Below, piece after piece: positions 1-8,690 of a DNA stretch of 64,000 bases. The number at the start of each line of letters is the position of its first letter. Within the stretch, counting starts at the first letter, position 1. Source of the stretch: an archaeon (GTDB lineage Archaea > Iainarchaeota > Iainarchaeia > Iainarchaeales > 0-14-0-20-34-12); assembly GCA_038046645.1 (NCBI GenBank), contig JBBSVU010000006.1, positions 1-64,000 on the forward strand. Reading direction: 5' to 3'. Below the pieces are notes generated by a model. The model had not been told where the DNA came from, made no database searches, and saw only the letters and a list, made by a program, of their open reading frames with translations. A program made the translations under genes and the position numbers.

Positions 1-2
1 AT

Positions 3-134
3 GAAAGAATACATAAATGTGCATGTGGCCTTGAAATAGATAGAGACTACAATGCTGCATTGAATATATTAAAATTGGGTCTGGACAAGGCCTTTATGCC
101 TTTGGAGCTTCCTGTTAAGGAAGCGATGAATTAG
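3..134 (+). CDS. tnpB: TnpB (IS200/IS605 RNA-guided nuclease), C-terminal fragment truncated by the window edge
   Basis: Frame 3 reads ERIHKCACGLEIDRDYNAALNILKLG...MN*. It shows the zinc-finger end plus the RuvC-III motif DRDxNAAxNI. Not in the ORF track. Confidence 0.9.
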   Translation, partial: ERIHKCACGLEIDRDYNAALNILKLGLDKAFMPLELPVKEAMN

Positions 135-168
135 GAAGCCACAGCCTTTAGGCTGTGGAGGATGTCAC
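75..168 (+). mobile_element. IS200/IS605 right end / omegaRNA scaffold region (5' limit approximate)
   Basis: GGAAGCCACAGCCTTTAGGCTGTGGAGGATGTCAC: a subterminal hairpin ending in TCAC, directly after the tnpB stop. Confidence 0.8.
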
Positions 169-181
169 AAGTTATCACAAA

Positions 182-757
182 CTATTTAGATATTTTATAA
201 GCACATTGAGAAAAGGTTATTTTTGGTAAAAGTGATGAACGCCATTCAATGGTTTGAAAATCAAAAGATTGTAGAAATGTTTCCCAGTCTTTTTTGGATT
301 TAAAATAAAAGGGGGTAGGCACTTTGGCTAAAAAATTTCCAATGCGGTCTGCAATCTTTAAAACCTGTAACTCAAATTTGTTTTCATAATAATGGTCTTT
401 AATTAAAACGGATTTTTTAGCTACGCGAAAAGCTTCTTTCATTAAAATTTCTGAATTTTGGGCATGGTGCAGCACATCAATTAAGAATACGGAATCAAAT
501 GAGTTATCTGGAAACGGCAAGTTTTGGCCATCAAACAAATGAACATCAATCTTAGCGCTTTTTGCCCTATAAATATCTACGCCAACCAATTCAATGTTTA
601 ATTGTTCTTGAATTTTTTTAGACAAACGGCCGTTTCCGCATCCAACATCCAACCCGGTACGTTCTTCACCCAACAGTTTCTGAAATTCTTGAACAATACT
701 TTGGTCTCGTTTGCCAGATAAAAGATTCTCAAAAAAATTTGAAAACATGAAAATCAT
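182..757 (-). CDS. class I SAM-dependent methyltransferase
   Basis: LDVGCGNG motif I; LPFPDNSFDSV and VLHH motifs. Confidence 0.9.
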   Translation of the reverse strand: MIFMFSNFFENLLSGKRDQSIVQEFQKLLGEERTGLDVGCGNGRLSKKIQEQLNIELVGVDIYRAKSAKIDVHLFDGQNLPFPDNSFDSVFLIDVLHHAQNSEILMKEAFRVAKKSVLIKDHYYENKFELQVLKIADRIGNFLAKVPTPFYFKSKKDWETFLQSFDFQTIEWRSSLLPKITFSQCAYKISK

Positions 758-838
758 TTAGAATTAAAGAAACAAAATAAATAAAAAGCGATTTAATAAA
801 AAGGCAGATATTAGTTAATTTATACGTTTGGTCAGAAT

Positions 839-2731
839 CTATTTCAATCTCAGGGCATCAAGGTTTTGTGGCACATTTGTCCTGATTCCAAACTTGCCTT
901 GGGTTATCTGGGCCAAAGACATTGATTTTATCTTATTGCCATGATCGATTATAAGGCGCCTTGGCTTTGGTTTTAACCTTTTTAAATATTCAATAAGCTG
1001 TATCCTATCTGAATGCCCCGAGAAACCATCAACTGTTTCAATACGCATGTTTATTTTCAAAGACCTGGTTTTCCCATTTTCAACAGTTATTGGGATTTCA
1101 TTTGTGCCTTTTTGTATCTTTCTCCCTAAAGAGCCCTCTGATTGATACCCAACAAAGATTAAAGTATTCCTTGGATCTTCAGCCATCTTCTTGAAATATT
1201 CCAAAGAAGGGCCGCCGGTTAACATGCCGCTGCTTGCAATAAAAATATTCCCTTTGCTTTGCAATAATTTATCCCTATCCTCACTTTTGACTACTTCAAA
1301 TATTGGTGAAGAAAACGGTGAATCGTTCTGGAGTATTCTTCTTCTAACCTGTTCCCTCAAATACTCAGGATATGCTGTGTGAATCGCAGATGCTTCAGCA
1401 GTCATCCCATCAATATAACACTTAGTATCAAGTTTTCTTATTTTATAAAAATTTTCCAAGCACAGCATTATTTCTTGGCCCCTTCCAACTGCGAATACTG
1501 GAATTAAAACATTACCTCCTGCTTCAATCGTCTCGTTTATTATTTCAACAAGCCTTTGCTCAGCCATATTCCTGTTTGGCTGAATATCTGCTTTTCCGCC
1601 ATAAGTACTCTCCAGTATCAATGTTTCAATCCTTGGATAATTCAAATCAATATTGTCAAACAGCCTTACAAACCCATATTTTATATCACCAGAATAAACC
1701 AAGTTATGTGCTCCGTCCCCAATATGCAAATGAACAGAAGCCGAACCTAGTATATGTGCAGCATTTGTCAAAGTCAAGCGGATATCCGGTGCAATATCTG
1801 TTACTTCCCTATATCCGCGGGGTATGCAATACTTTAACATTTCTTTAACATCTTTTTCAGAATAAGGGCAGTCTTTCTGCTCTTTTGCAAAAACATCAAT
1901 ATAATCAAACTGCAATAAGGTCATTAAATCCCTTGTTGCGTCAGTCGAGTAAACCGGACCTCGATATCCCACCCTAAACAAATAAGGTAAAAAACCAGCA
2001 TGATCCATGTGCGCATGGCTGATTATTACTGCATCCAGCTCACTTAATGGAAAATGCAGGATATCTAGCATAGGATATGCATTTTTCTTTTGGCCTGCAA
2101 CATTTAAGCCACAATCAATCAATATTCTTGTTTCAGGGGTTTCAAGAAGGAAACAGCTTCTCCCTACTTCTTGAAAGCCTCCTAATGCTACAATACGCAC
2201 CCATTCGCTGGAATTTTCATTAGGATCCTTATAAATTCGTTCTGCAATCCCCTTCAATATTTGTTTCCTTTCATTGCTATTCTTGCTCAAATGATGCCTT
2301 ATGCCTCGGAGAATTTCAGAATTTGATGTTGGTGCTCGTATGATATTAGGCACCCATCCGGTCTCACTAATAATTTTCTTGGAGGTTTCCCCGCCTTTTC
2401 CAATTACCAATCCCGGCTTAATTGCTTCAATAACTGCTTCTGAAAAAGCAGGATTAAAAGAAATATCCTTTATTTGCGCATCTTCTGGCACCAATTTCAT
2501 TATTTTTTCTTTTGCTGTTGAAGGATCTTCCAAAAGAGTTTTATCAGTCCTTATATTTATTTTCTTTTTTAATGTATGCGCAACATTTGAAACAAATTCC
2601 TCATTATTGAAAAATGCTTCTGGCGAAGTAGTATAAATTGCAATTTCTGGCCCCTCAACCTCTATTTTGCTTATGCCAGCATTCTTAGGCAAAATCTCAT
2701 TTATCTTCTCCTTAATTTCTTCTATTTTCAT
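839..2731 (-). CDS. fttA: beta-CASP ribonuclease aCPSF1 / transcription termination factor FttA
   Basis: N-terminal KH domains (KPGLVIGKGG), SHAHMDH MBL motif, DGFSGHSD; 630 aa; next to psmB as in many archaea. Confidence 0.95.
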   Translation of the reverse strand: MKIEEIKEKINEILPKNAGISKIEVEGPEIAIYTTSPEAFFNNEEFVSNVAHTLKKKINIRTDKTLLEDPSTAKEKIMKLVPEDAQIKDISFNPAFSEAVIEAIKPGLVIGKGGETSKKIISETGWVPNIIRAPTSNSEILRGIRHHLSKNSNERKQILKGIAERIYKDPNENSSEWVRIVALGGFQEVGRSCFLLETPETRILIDCGLNVAGQKKNAYPMLDILHFPLSELDAVIISHAHMDHAGFLPYLFRVGYRGPVYSTDATRDLMTLLQFDYIDVFAKEQKDCPYSEKDVKEMLKYCIPRGYREVTDIAPDIRLTLTNAAHILGSASVHLHIGDGAHNLVYSGDIKYGFVRLFDNIDLNYPRIETLILESTYGGKADIQPNRNMAEQRLVEIINETIEAGGNVLIPVFAVGRGQEIMLCLENFYKIRKLDTKCYIDGMTAEASAIHTAYPEYLREQVRRRILQNDSPFSSPIFEVVKSEDRDKLLQSKGNIFIASSGMLTGGPSLEYFKKMAEDPRNTLIFVGYQSEGSLGRKIQKGTNEIPITVENGKTRSLKINMRIETVDGFSGHSDRIQLIEYLKRLKPKPRRLIIDHGNKIKSMSLAQITQGKFGIRTNVPQNLDALRLK

Positions 2732-2876
2732 TATTATTTCCTCTCCAACTAAAATCGATGGTGCTCCAGGTATTACTTACTAAAGCAACCTTTAAAAAAA
2801 TTATAAAAAACCCCGTTGACTATCTCTGATTAACTATGTTTAAATTGGATAAAAGCCATAGGTTCTAATAAAAAAC

Positions 2877-3524
2877 TTAGTTTGATTTTATTTGGTTAAT
2901 TATTTTGGTAACATCTTCTTCACTAAGCTCTTCTATCTTTTTTTTCCTGAGAACCATAACACTTATTGATTTTCCGCCTGTGTATATATCTCTTTTTTTG
3001 CTTGACATCACTGCTTTTATTGCTAATTCAACAAGCTCTTTTTCTGCTAGATTTGATTTATATCCTTGGTCAAAAACAGACATTGCAAACATAGTTCCTG
3101 AACCTGAAACCGCATACTGTTTCCTTTCTAATACCCCACCTTCTGGAGTAATTTCATAAAGTTCGGGTTTATCCAAATAACCTGCTAACAAAAATTGAAC
3201 TATATATGGATAAAATCTGTTGGAATTAAGCACTGTAGAGAGCAATGAAGCCATTGCCTTAGGCGTCATTTCTGTTTCACGTTCAATCTCATACATGCTA
3301 GCATGTGATTTTAAGAATCGAATAATAGTTAGTGAGTCCCCTACAACCCCGGCATTAGTCAATGCAGTATAGTCAGTTATCTTGTAAAGCTTTTGTGCTT
3401 CCTGGTCATAACTCATATTGCCCAGTGTTGCCTGCATATCTGCAGCCAAAACAATGCAATCCTTTCCGATTGCTGCCACGGTTGTTGTACCAGTCTTGAG
3501 CTTATCATCTTTATTTATGTGCAA
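2877..3524 (-). CDS. psmB: proteasome beta subunit
   Basis: Propeptide ending KTG|TTTV; SGSG and RDIYTGG motifs. Confidence 0.95.
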   Translation of the reverse strand: MHINKDDKLKTGTTTVAAIGKDCIVLAADMQATLGNMSYDQEAQKLYKITDYTALTNAGVVGDSLTIIRFLKSHASMYEIERETEMTPKAMASLLSTVLNSNRFYPYIVQFLLAGYLDKPELYEITPEGGVLERKQYAVSGSGTMFAMSVFDQGYKSNLAEKELVELAIKAVMSSKKRDIYTGGKSISVMVLRKKKIEELSEEDVTKIINQIKSN

Positions 3525-3659
3525 AAAATCACCAAAAAATAGGATATATATGAAAGCTAAGGAAGCAGAATGTTTAAAAAACTAGGCTTCGCTTCTCAGC
3601 ACGCCGAATGGCGCGTTTGTGGAATACTATTTTTACCTGAAGATGAATAAACATGATGG

Positions 3660-4391
3660 TTATTCATCCGTATCCTGCTCTTCGTCTTCCTTGCCTTTCT
3701 TATCTGTTTTCAGGAATTCCTCTTGGAAGGTAACCTTTTCAATATTGGTTATTTTCATTAATTTCCTGGCGAATAACCGCTTTACCTTGATTGCATGCAC
3801 TGATTGCATGCCTTTGTCCGCAGGAATTTTAACAGTTGCTTCCTTATCTTTAATTGAAAGCGCTGATTTATCCAAGAAATCAAAATATTTTGAGAATAAA
3901 AGCTCTGCTTTTGCTTTAGATTCTGCCACATTTTCAAGAACCTTAACATCAAACATAACATTTTTGCCTGCTAAAGGATGATTGAAATCAACCCTTACCC
4001 TGCCACCTGAAATTGACTGAACCCTACCTGAAAGATTATTAAGCTCAACAACCAAGCCCGGAAATGGATTAATGTTTCTATTCCTAAATTCTTGCAGCGC
4101 CACTACTTTAATAAATTCAGGATTTCTTTCTCCAAATGCCTTATCTGCGGTTAAATTTATTTCTTTTTGTTCCCCTGCTTTCATCTTAAGTATCTCTTCT
4201 TCCAGAGCAGGAAGAATTTCCTTATCCCCAACTATGAAAACTAAGGGGGAATATTTTATTTTATCATTAAATATGCCTGCTTCCTTTGCTTTTGATTCAC
4301 TAGAGGTATCAAAGATAACACCAGTTTCTTTCTCAGTTCCTACAAAATCTACTTTTATAATATCTCCAGTATTTGCCATAATATCACTCAT
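3660..4391 (-). CDS. long archaeal FKBP-type peptidyl-prolyl isomerase (SlyD-like)
   Basis: VIFDTS, AFGERNP and VDFNHPLAGK motifs. Confidence 0.92.
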   Translation of the reverse strand: MSDIMANTGDIIKVDFVGTEKETGVIFDTSSESKAKEAGIFNDKIKYSPLVFIVGDKEILPALEEEILKMKAGEQKEINLTADKAFGERNPEFIKVVALQEFRNRNINPFPGLVVELNNLSGRVQSISGGRVRVDFNHPLAGKNVMFDVKVLENVAESKAKAELLFSKYFDFLDKSALSIKDKEATVKIPADKGMQSVHAIKVKRLFARKLMKITNIEKVTFQEEFLKTDKKGKEDEEQDTDE

Positions 4392-4498
4392 TAACCATTT
4401 TATTGAAATTCGTTAATCAAACAGAATAATATTTCTTGCACAAATAGGTTTTTATAAGTAATCCAAATGATTTGCCGATCCTAAGTTATTAAACAATA

Positions 4499-4617
4499 TG
4501 TCAAAAACCACCCAATAAATTGGGTGGCATGATTTGGACAAACAAAACAGCACAGCGGTTTTTGACAGCTGTCAATTCCGGTATGCAACCACCCATTAAA
4601 AATAGGTGGAATTGACA
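4499..4617. repeat. two tandem nested inverted-repeat modules, resembling IS200/IS605 ends
   Basis: TGTCAAAAACC/GGTTTTTGACA and TGTCAATTCC/GGAATTGACA arms, each with a CCACCCA...GGTGG hairpin. Confidence 0.6.
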
Positions 4618-4736
4618 TTATTTAAAGATTGCCACTTTGCCGTAATTGTTAGCACAATTCGGCAACAAAACAAACATATTTATTAGTATTATCTTATTAT
4701 GAATCATACTCATTAAAGTAAAAATAGGGGGATAAT

Positions 4737-6161
4737 ATGGCTAAGGATACAATAAAATCAAAAAAAGACAACAGGCAGATAATAAACCTGATTTTGGCAA
4801 TTATAATGCTTACCTCAATTGTGGGGTTTGCTTTTTTGATGAGCCCAAAACAGCAAACAGATGACAATAAGCCCCCAATAACAGAACAACCACAAACAAT
4901 CACATTTACGGCAGATAAAGTAAATGCAACAGTAAAAAATACGCTTTCAGTTGTCAAATTAAGCGGATACACTAAAGAGACGAATATAAATGAGCTTGAC
5001 AAGAAACTTTTTTCAGTAAAAGGCATCTCTAATGTATTATCTTCAAGCTTCAGCAAAGACCCAAACAACAATATGCTAATTTATGTTGCCGAGATAACAA
5101 CAAAAATGCCTGATGAAAATATTTCTGAATTTGTTTACCAAATACAAAAATCAGTTGGCTTGCTTAACATATATGCAGCGAAGAAAGCATTGTTGAAGAT
5201 ACCAAAAACAGTAAAGATGAAAAACGCTGATTTAAACATTGAAAAAGAATTTGAATTTGAACAGCCATTTACTGAAGCACTTGTTGAGCTAGCAACAATC
5301 CCTGATGATAAAATAGAAATAAGCCTTGTTATAACGTCTTCAGGCAGTAAAATCATCTCCAGGACAGCATATGAAACAAACAATATCTCACTCTTGCCAG
5401 AACAATATTCAACAGAAGCCATGCTTAAAATAAATGAACTGAATTATTCCTTAGTTTTTTCAGGGCCTATTGATTATAATGGATTTGATGTGAATATTCT
5501 TGAAACTGCATTAATGAATGAATTGCCGGGCATAAATTTTGCCAGAATTGAGCTTGATGCCTTTGAACCAGTAGCATATTTAGGCATATTAAAAACCGCT
5601 TTAGTTGGAAATCTTGATCAAAATGTAATTAAGGAAGCACTACAGAATAACCTAGGATCTTTAGCCATAATAAACAATCTTGAATTCAGCGAGGATGAAA
5701 ATAAATTTATTGTAAAGCTAAGTGTAAACGGCCAAGAAAACTATTCTTTTGTTATTTCACTTGTGTCAGATTATTTGAAAGATTTAGGCCTTAATGATCA
5801 AGACTTTGGGTTCAAACCAATAACTGTAGACATTATGGGAGAAGCAAGATTTGGCACTAAAGAATTATATGATACTACATTATCCCTTGAAAAAATCTTG
5901 AAAAACAATGGAATTATCATAATTGCTAGGCAAAAAGCAACAGTTTCATTAAATGAACCTTTAACTGCAAATGGCCAAACACACAATTATGATGAAAACT
6001 TTGTCGGATTATTAATTCCAAAACATGTTGAAAATGAAGTATATAAAATAAAAGTTAATTTTGCGGTTCAGAGAGGAAAAGTAACTGTAATACAGGCAGT
6101 TGAAAATAAGGATTTGATTGATGTGTTAAAAGAAAAACCAATTGTAATCCAAACAGAATGA
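4737..6161 (+). CDS. hypothetical N-terminally membrane-anchored protein
   Basis: 474-aa ORF with a GGGGGA RBS and a single N-terminal hydrophobic helix. Confidence 0.75.
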   Translation: MAKDTIKSKKDNRQIINLILAIIMLTSIVGFAFLMSPKQQTDDNKPPITEQPQTITFTADKVNATVKNTLSVVKLSGYTKETNINELDKKLFSVKGISNVLSSSFSKDPNNNMLIYVAEITTKMPDENISEFVYQIQKSVGLLNIYAAKKALLKIPKTVKMKNADLNIEKEFEFEQPFTEALVELATIPDDKIEISLVITSSGSKIISRTAYETNNISLLPEQYSTEAMLKINELNYSLVFSGPIDYNGFDVNILETALMNELPGINFARIELDAFEPVAYLGILKTALVGNLDQNVIKEALQNNLGSLAIINNLEFSEDENKFIVKLSVNGQENYSFVISLVSDYLKDLGLNDQDFGFKPITVDIMGEARFGTKELYDTTLSLEKILKNNGIIIIARQKATVSLNEPLTANGQTHNYDENFVGLLIPKHVENEVYKIKVNFAVQRGKVTVIQAVENKDLIDVLKEKPIVIQTE

Positions 6162-6202
6162 AAAACAAAATTAAGATGCAAGCAAAAAGTTAGCAACCCA
6201 TA

Positions 6203-6532
6203 TTATTTGAGGGCCAATATTGCTTTTGCAATATCCCCTTCATTTTCTTCCAAAGCCTTTTTTGCTTTTTCTTTAGGCACATTCGCCTGTTCAGCAACCA
6301 TAACAATATCCGCATCAGGAATCTGGGATTCTTCCTTTGGTTCCCCAATAACATTATATATTTTCTGGCCCTGCATGGCTATGCAAGTAACTGCAGGATT
6401 TTCCAGAATAAGTTTTTTGTCATCCATCTCAAATATAACCCGTTTAGCCTTCAGATCCTCAGTTTTTATCCCTAATTGCCTCATGAGTTGTTTCATTTGT
6501 GCTGGGTTCATCCCACCCATTCCCGGAAACAT
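6203..6532 (-). CDS. nac: nascent polypeptide-associated complex protein
   Basis: MNPAQMKQLMRQLGI N-terminus; UBA-like end GDIAKAILAL. Confidence 0.95.
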   Translation of the reverse strand: MFPGMGGMNPAQMKQLMRQLGIKTEDLKAKRVIFEMDDKKLILENPAVTCIAMQGQKIYNVIGEPKEESQIPDADIVMVAEQANVPKEKAKKALEENEGDIAKAILALK

Positions 6533-6615
6533 AATAAATCACTAAAATAACCAATACTCTTTAAAGCTTCAAGCTACACACTGTTTTTTAACCTATTTTT
6601 TAGTATGCATATTAT

Positions 6616-7260
6616 ATGGTTCAAAAGATAATATCAGGAATTGGGGAATTATCACTCATCCCTAATATTAATTTGGAGCAGCTACCACAAAGAAAAAAAG
6701 CTGTCCAGCATTATTTTTCAGACGGCGGCATATTAAAATTAGATATTTCAAAAGAAGCCATCAGTTTAGCCTATCCGACAAAGTCAAGATTGCAGCAGAT
6801 GATAAAGGAAAAACAATCAGCAAAATCTGACCTTGAAAAAAAGAAAACGGTTTGGAAAAATAAATACAATGAAGCCAAGCAGTATTATGCCATCCAGAAC
6901 ATAAAAAAATTCTCATCCCCAATTTATTGGAAACATGTGGTGAAATGCGTTCAAGATAAGAATTACAAAACAAAGGCGGATAAGATAAAATTGCCTGTTC
7001 ACCTTGTTTCAGACCAACGATGGCAACCGATGGTGAAAACTTTTTTGGAGAATGAAGATTACCGCAATCAGCTAACCGAAACCGTAGAGAATTCTTTAGT
7101 GTATAAAGATAAAAAGGAGGTTGCAGGCTATGCAAAAAAACTGCAGGAATTCAGGGAAGAACACTCATTAAGGAATGTAAAAAATATTGATGAAAAAATT
7201 ATTAAATTGGAAAAAAGCATTGAATCATTGCAAGAATTAATGAAATGGGCGAATAAATAA
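6616..7260 (+). CDS. hypothetical coiled-coil protein, stop overlapping the pantothenate kinase start
   Basis: 214-aa ORF; TAATG stop/start overlap. Confidence 0.7.
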   Translation: MVQKIISGIGELSLIPNINLEQLPQRKKAVQHYFSDGGILKLDISKEAISLAYPTKSRLQQMIKEKQSAKSDLEKKKTVWKNKYNEAKQYYAIQNIKKFSSPIYWKHVVKCVQDKNYKTKADKIKLPVHLVSDQRWQPMVKTFLENEDYRNQLTETVENSLVYKDKKEVAGYAKKLQEFREEHSLRNVKNIDEKIIKLEKSIESLQELMKWANK

Positions 7261-8057
7261 TGGCTAGGATATTGGGCATTGATTTTGGGTCAAGCACTAC
7301 TGATTTTATAGTTTTAGATAATAAAAAAATTGTTTATGAAAACCAAATGGTTTCAAAACCAATAGAATATATTTTACCGGAGCTCGAACAAAAAGATTTC
7401 AAGAAAATTGATGAAATACATGTTACTGGCCATGGTGCTGCGCCATTCCCAAAATATTTCAATGGATTTAAAGTAAGCAAGATTGATGAAATAGAAGCAA
7501 TAGCACTTGGAACAAAGTTTTTCTTCAATAAAAATGATTTTTTAGCTGCATCTTTAGGGTCTGGCACCTGTTTTGTTTCGTATAAAAAAGGCAGGATAAA
7601 ACATGTTGGTGGCACACCAATCGGAGGCATGACGTTAGTTGGATTATCCAAGTTATTATTTGGTCTTGATGACTTTAAAACAATAGAAAAGCTCGCAACT
7701 AAAGGAAATTTAGGATCAGTTGATCTAGAATTAAAGGATATCTACCCCCAAGGCTTAGGCGCATTAAAAAAAGACGCAACAGCAAGCCATTTTGGCAAAA
7801 TAAAGAATCCAAAAAAAGAAGATATTGCCTTGGGCCTCTTTAATCTTGTCGCGCAGGGGGTTGGCATAAATGCTTATTTTGCAGCCAAAGCCGCAAAGCA
7901 TACAGAGGTAATTCTTAGCGGAAAATTATCTGAATCAGCGATAATCAAAAAATTAATTGAGAATAAAATATGTTCTTCCGTGCCTGAAATAAAATTCAAT
8001 TTTACAAGGAAGGCATCTTTTGTAACAGCCTGCGGGGCAGCAATTTCAAAAGATTAA
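7260..8057 (+). CDS. type II pantothenate kinase (CoaW/Fumble-like, ASKHA fold)
   Basis: GIDFGSS, IHVTGHGA, DEIEAIALG, SLGSGT, GGTPIGGMTLVGL, VDLELKDIY and ASHFGK motifs. Confidence 0.8.
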   Translation: MARILGIDFGSSTTDFIVLDNKKIVYENQMVSKPIEYILPELEQKDFKKIDEIHVTGHGAAPFPKYFNGFKVSKIDEIEAIALGTKFFFNKNDFLAASLGSGTCFVSYKKGRIKHVGGTPIGGMTLVGLSKLLFGLDDFKTIEKLATKGNLGSVDLELKDIYPQGLGALKKDATASHFGKIKNPKKEDIALGLFNLVAQGVGINAYFAAKAAKHTEVILSGKLSESAIIKKLIENKICSSVPEIKFNFTRKASFVTACGAAISKD

Positions 8058-8136
8058 ACATAAAGCAAATTTTTATTTTATCTTTGCAAATGCGCTTTTT
8101 TGGTTTTTCTTTTCTTTGAACAGTGAGCCATTCTTT

Positions 8137-8350
8137 TCTTTCTTTTAATACAATTAAAATTCTTATGAATTTTAATGTACACTAAAATCCTTTGGATTTT
8201 AGTTGTAACCTACTTTTTCTTTCTCTTTTCTTTCGGCAACCCATATTTTCTTTTCTCTTTTTCTTTTGACAGCCTATATTTTCTTTTTCTCTTCCTAAGA
8301 GAAAAAGAAAAGACGGAGTTCAGGGGAAATCTACTCTTCCAAAGCATTTA
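8137..8350. repeat. dispersed modular hairpin/pyrimidine-rich repeat, copy A
   Basis: 8199-8350 is the exact reverse complement of 27714-27865; 8137-8201 matches 27956-28020 with 2 mismatches. Confidence 0.9.
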
Positions 8351-8354
8351 AATG
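8319..8354 (+). promoter_or_regulatory. 27-bp box TTCAGGGGAAATCTACTCTTCCAAAGC plus TATA (TTTAAAT), copy 1
   Basis: Identical box at 27719-27745 (-) and 55813-55839 (+), each followed by a TATA-like sequence. Confidence 0.6.
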
Positions 8355-8388
8355 CTAGAAAAAAGCAAGGTGTTTGGGGGGGTAATAT

Positions 8389-8652
8389 ATGGTAAAACCT
8401 GTCGTAAAATATTCTATAGGAGTAATAAATGTAGCAGTATGGGAAAATGAAGGCAAGGAAGGGACTAAATTCAATACAGTTACAATTAATAGAAGGTATA
8501 AAGATAAGGATGAAACCTGGAAAAGCAGCAATTCATTAAGGGTAAATGACATACCAAAAGCAATTATGGTTTTAAACAAAGCCTATGAAACACTTGCAGT
8601 GAAGCAACACCTAGGAACTGAGTTTGAACAAACAGAAGAAAACAATGTTTAA
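8389..8652 (+). CDS. small hypothetical protein, possibly a PC4/SpoVG-like single-stranded nucleic-acid binder
   Basis: Beta-rich AVWEN...RRYKDKD.WKSSNS then a helix and acidic tail; GGGGGGT RBS. The fold is an inference. Confidence 0.6.
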   Translation: MVKPVVKYSIGVINVAVWENEGKEGTKFNTVTINRRYKDKDETWKSSNSLRVNDIPKAIMVLNKAYETLAVKQHLGTEFEQTEENNV

Positions 8653-8690
8653 TAACTAAAGCAGGGATAAGTACTCTAAACAATAATCTA

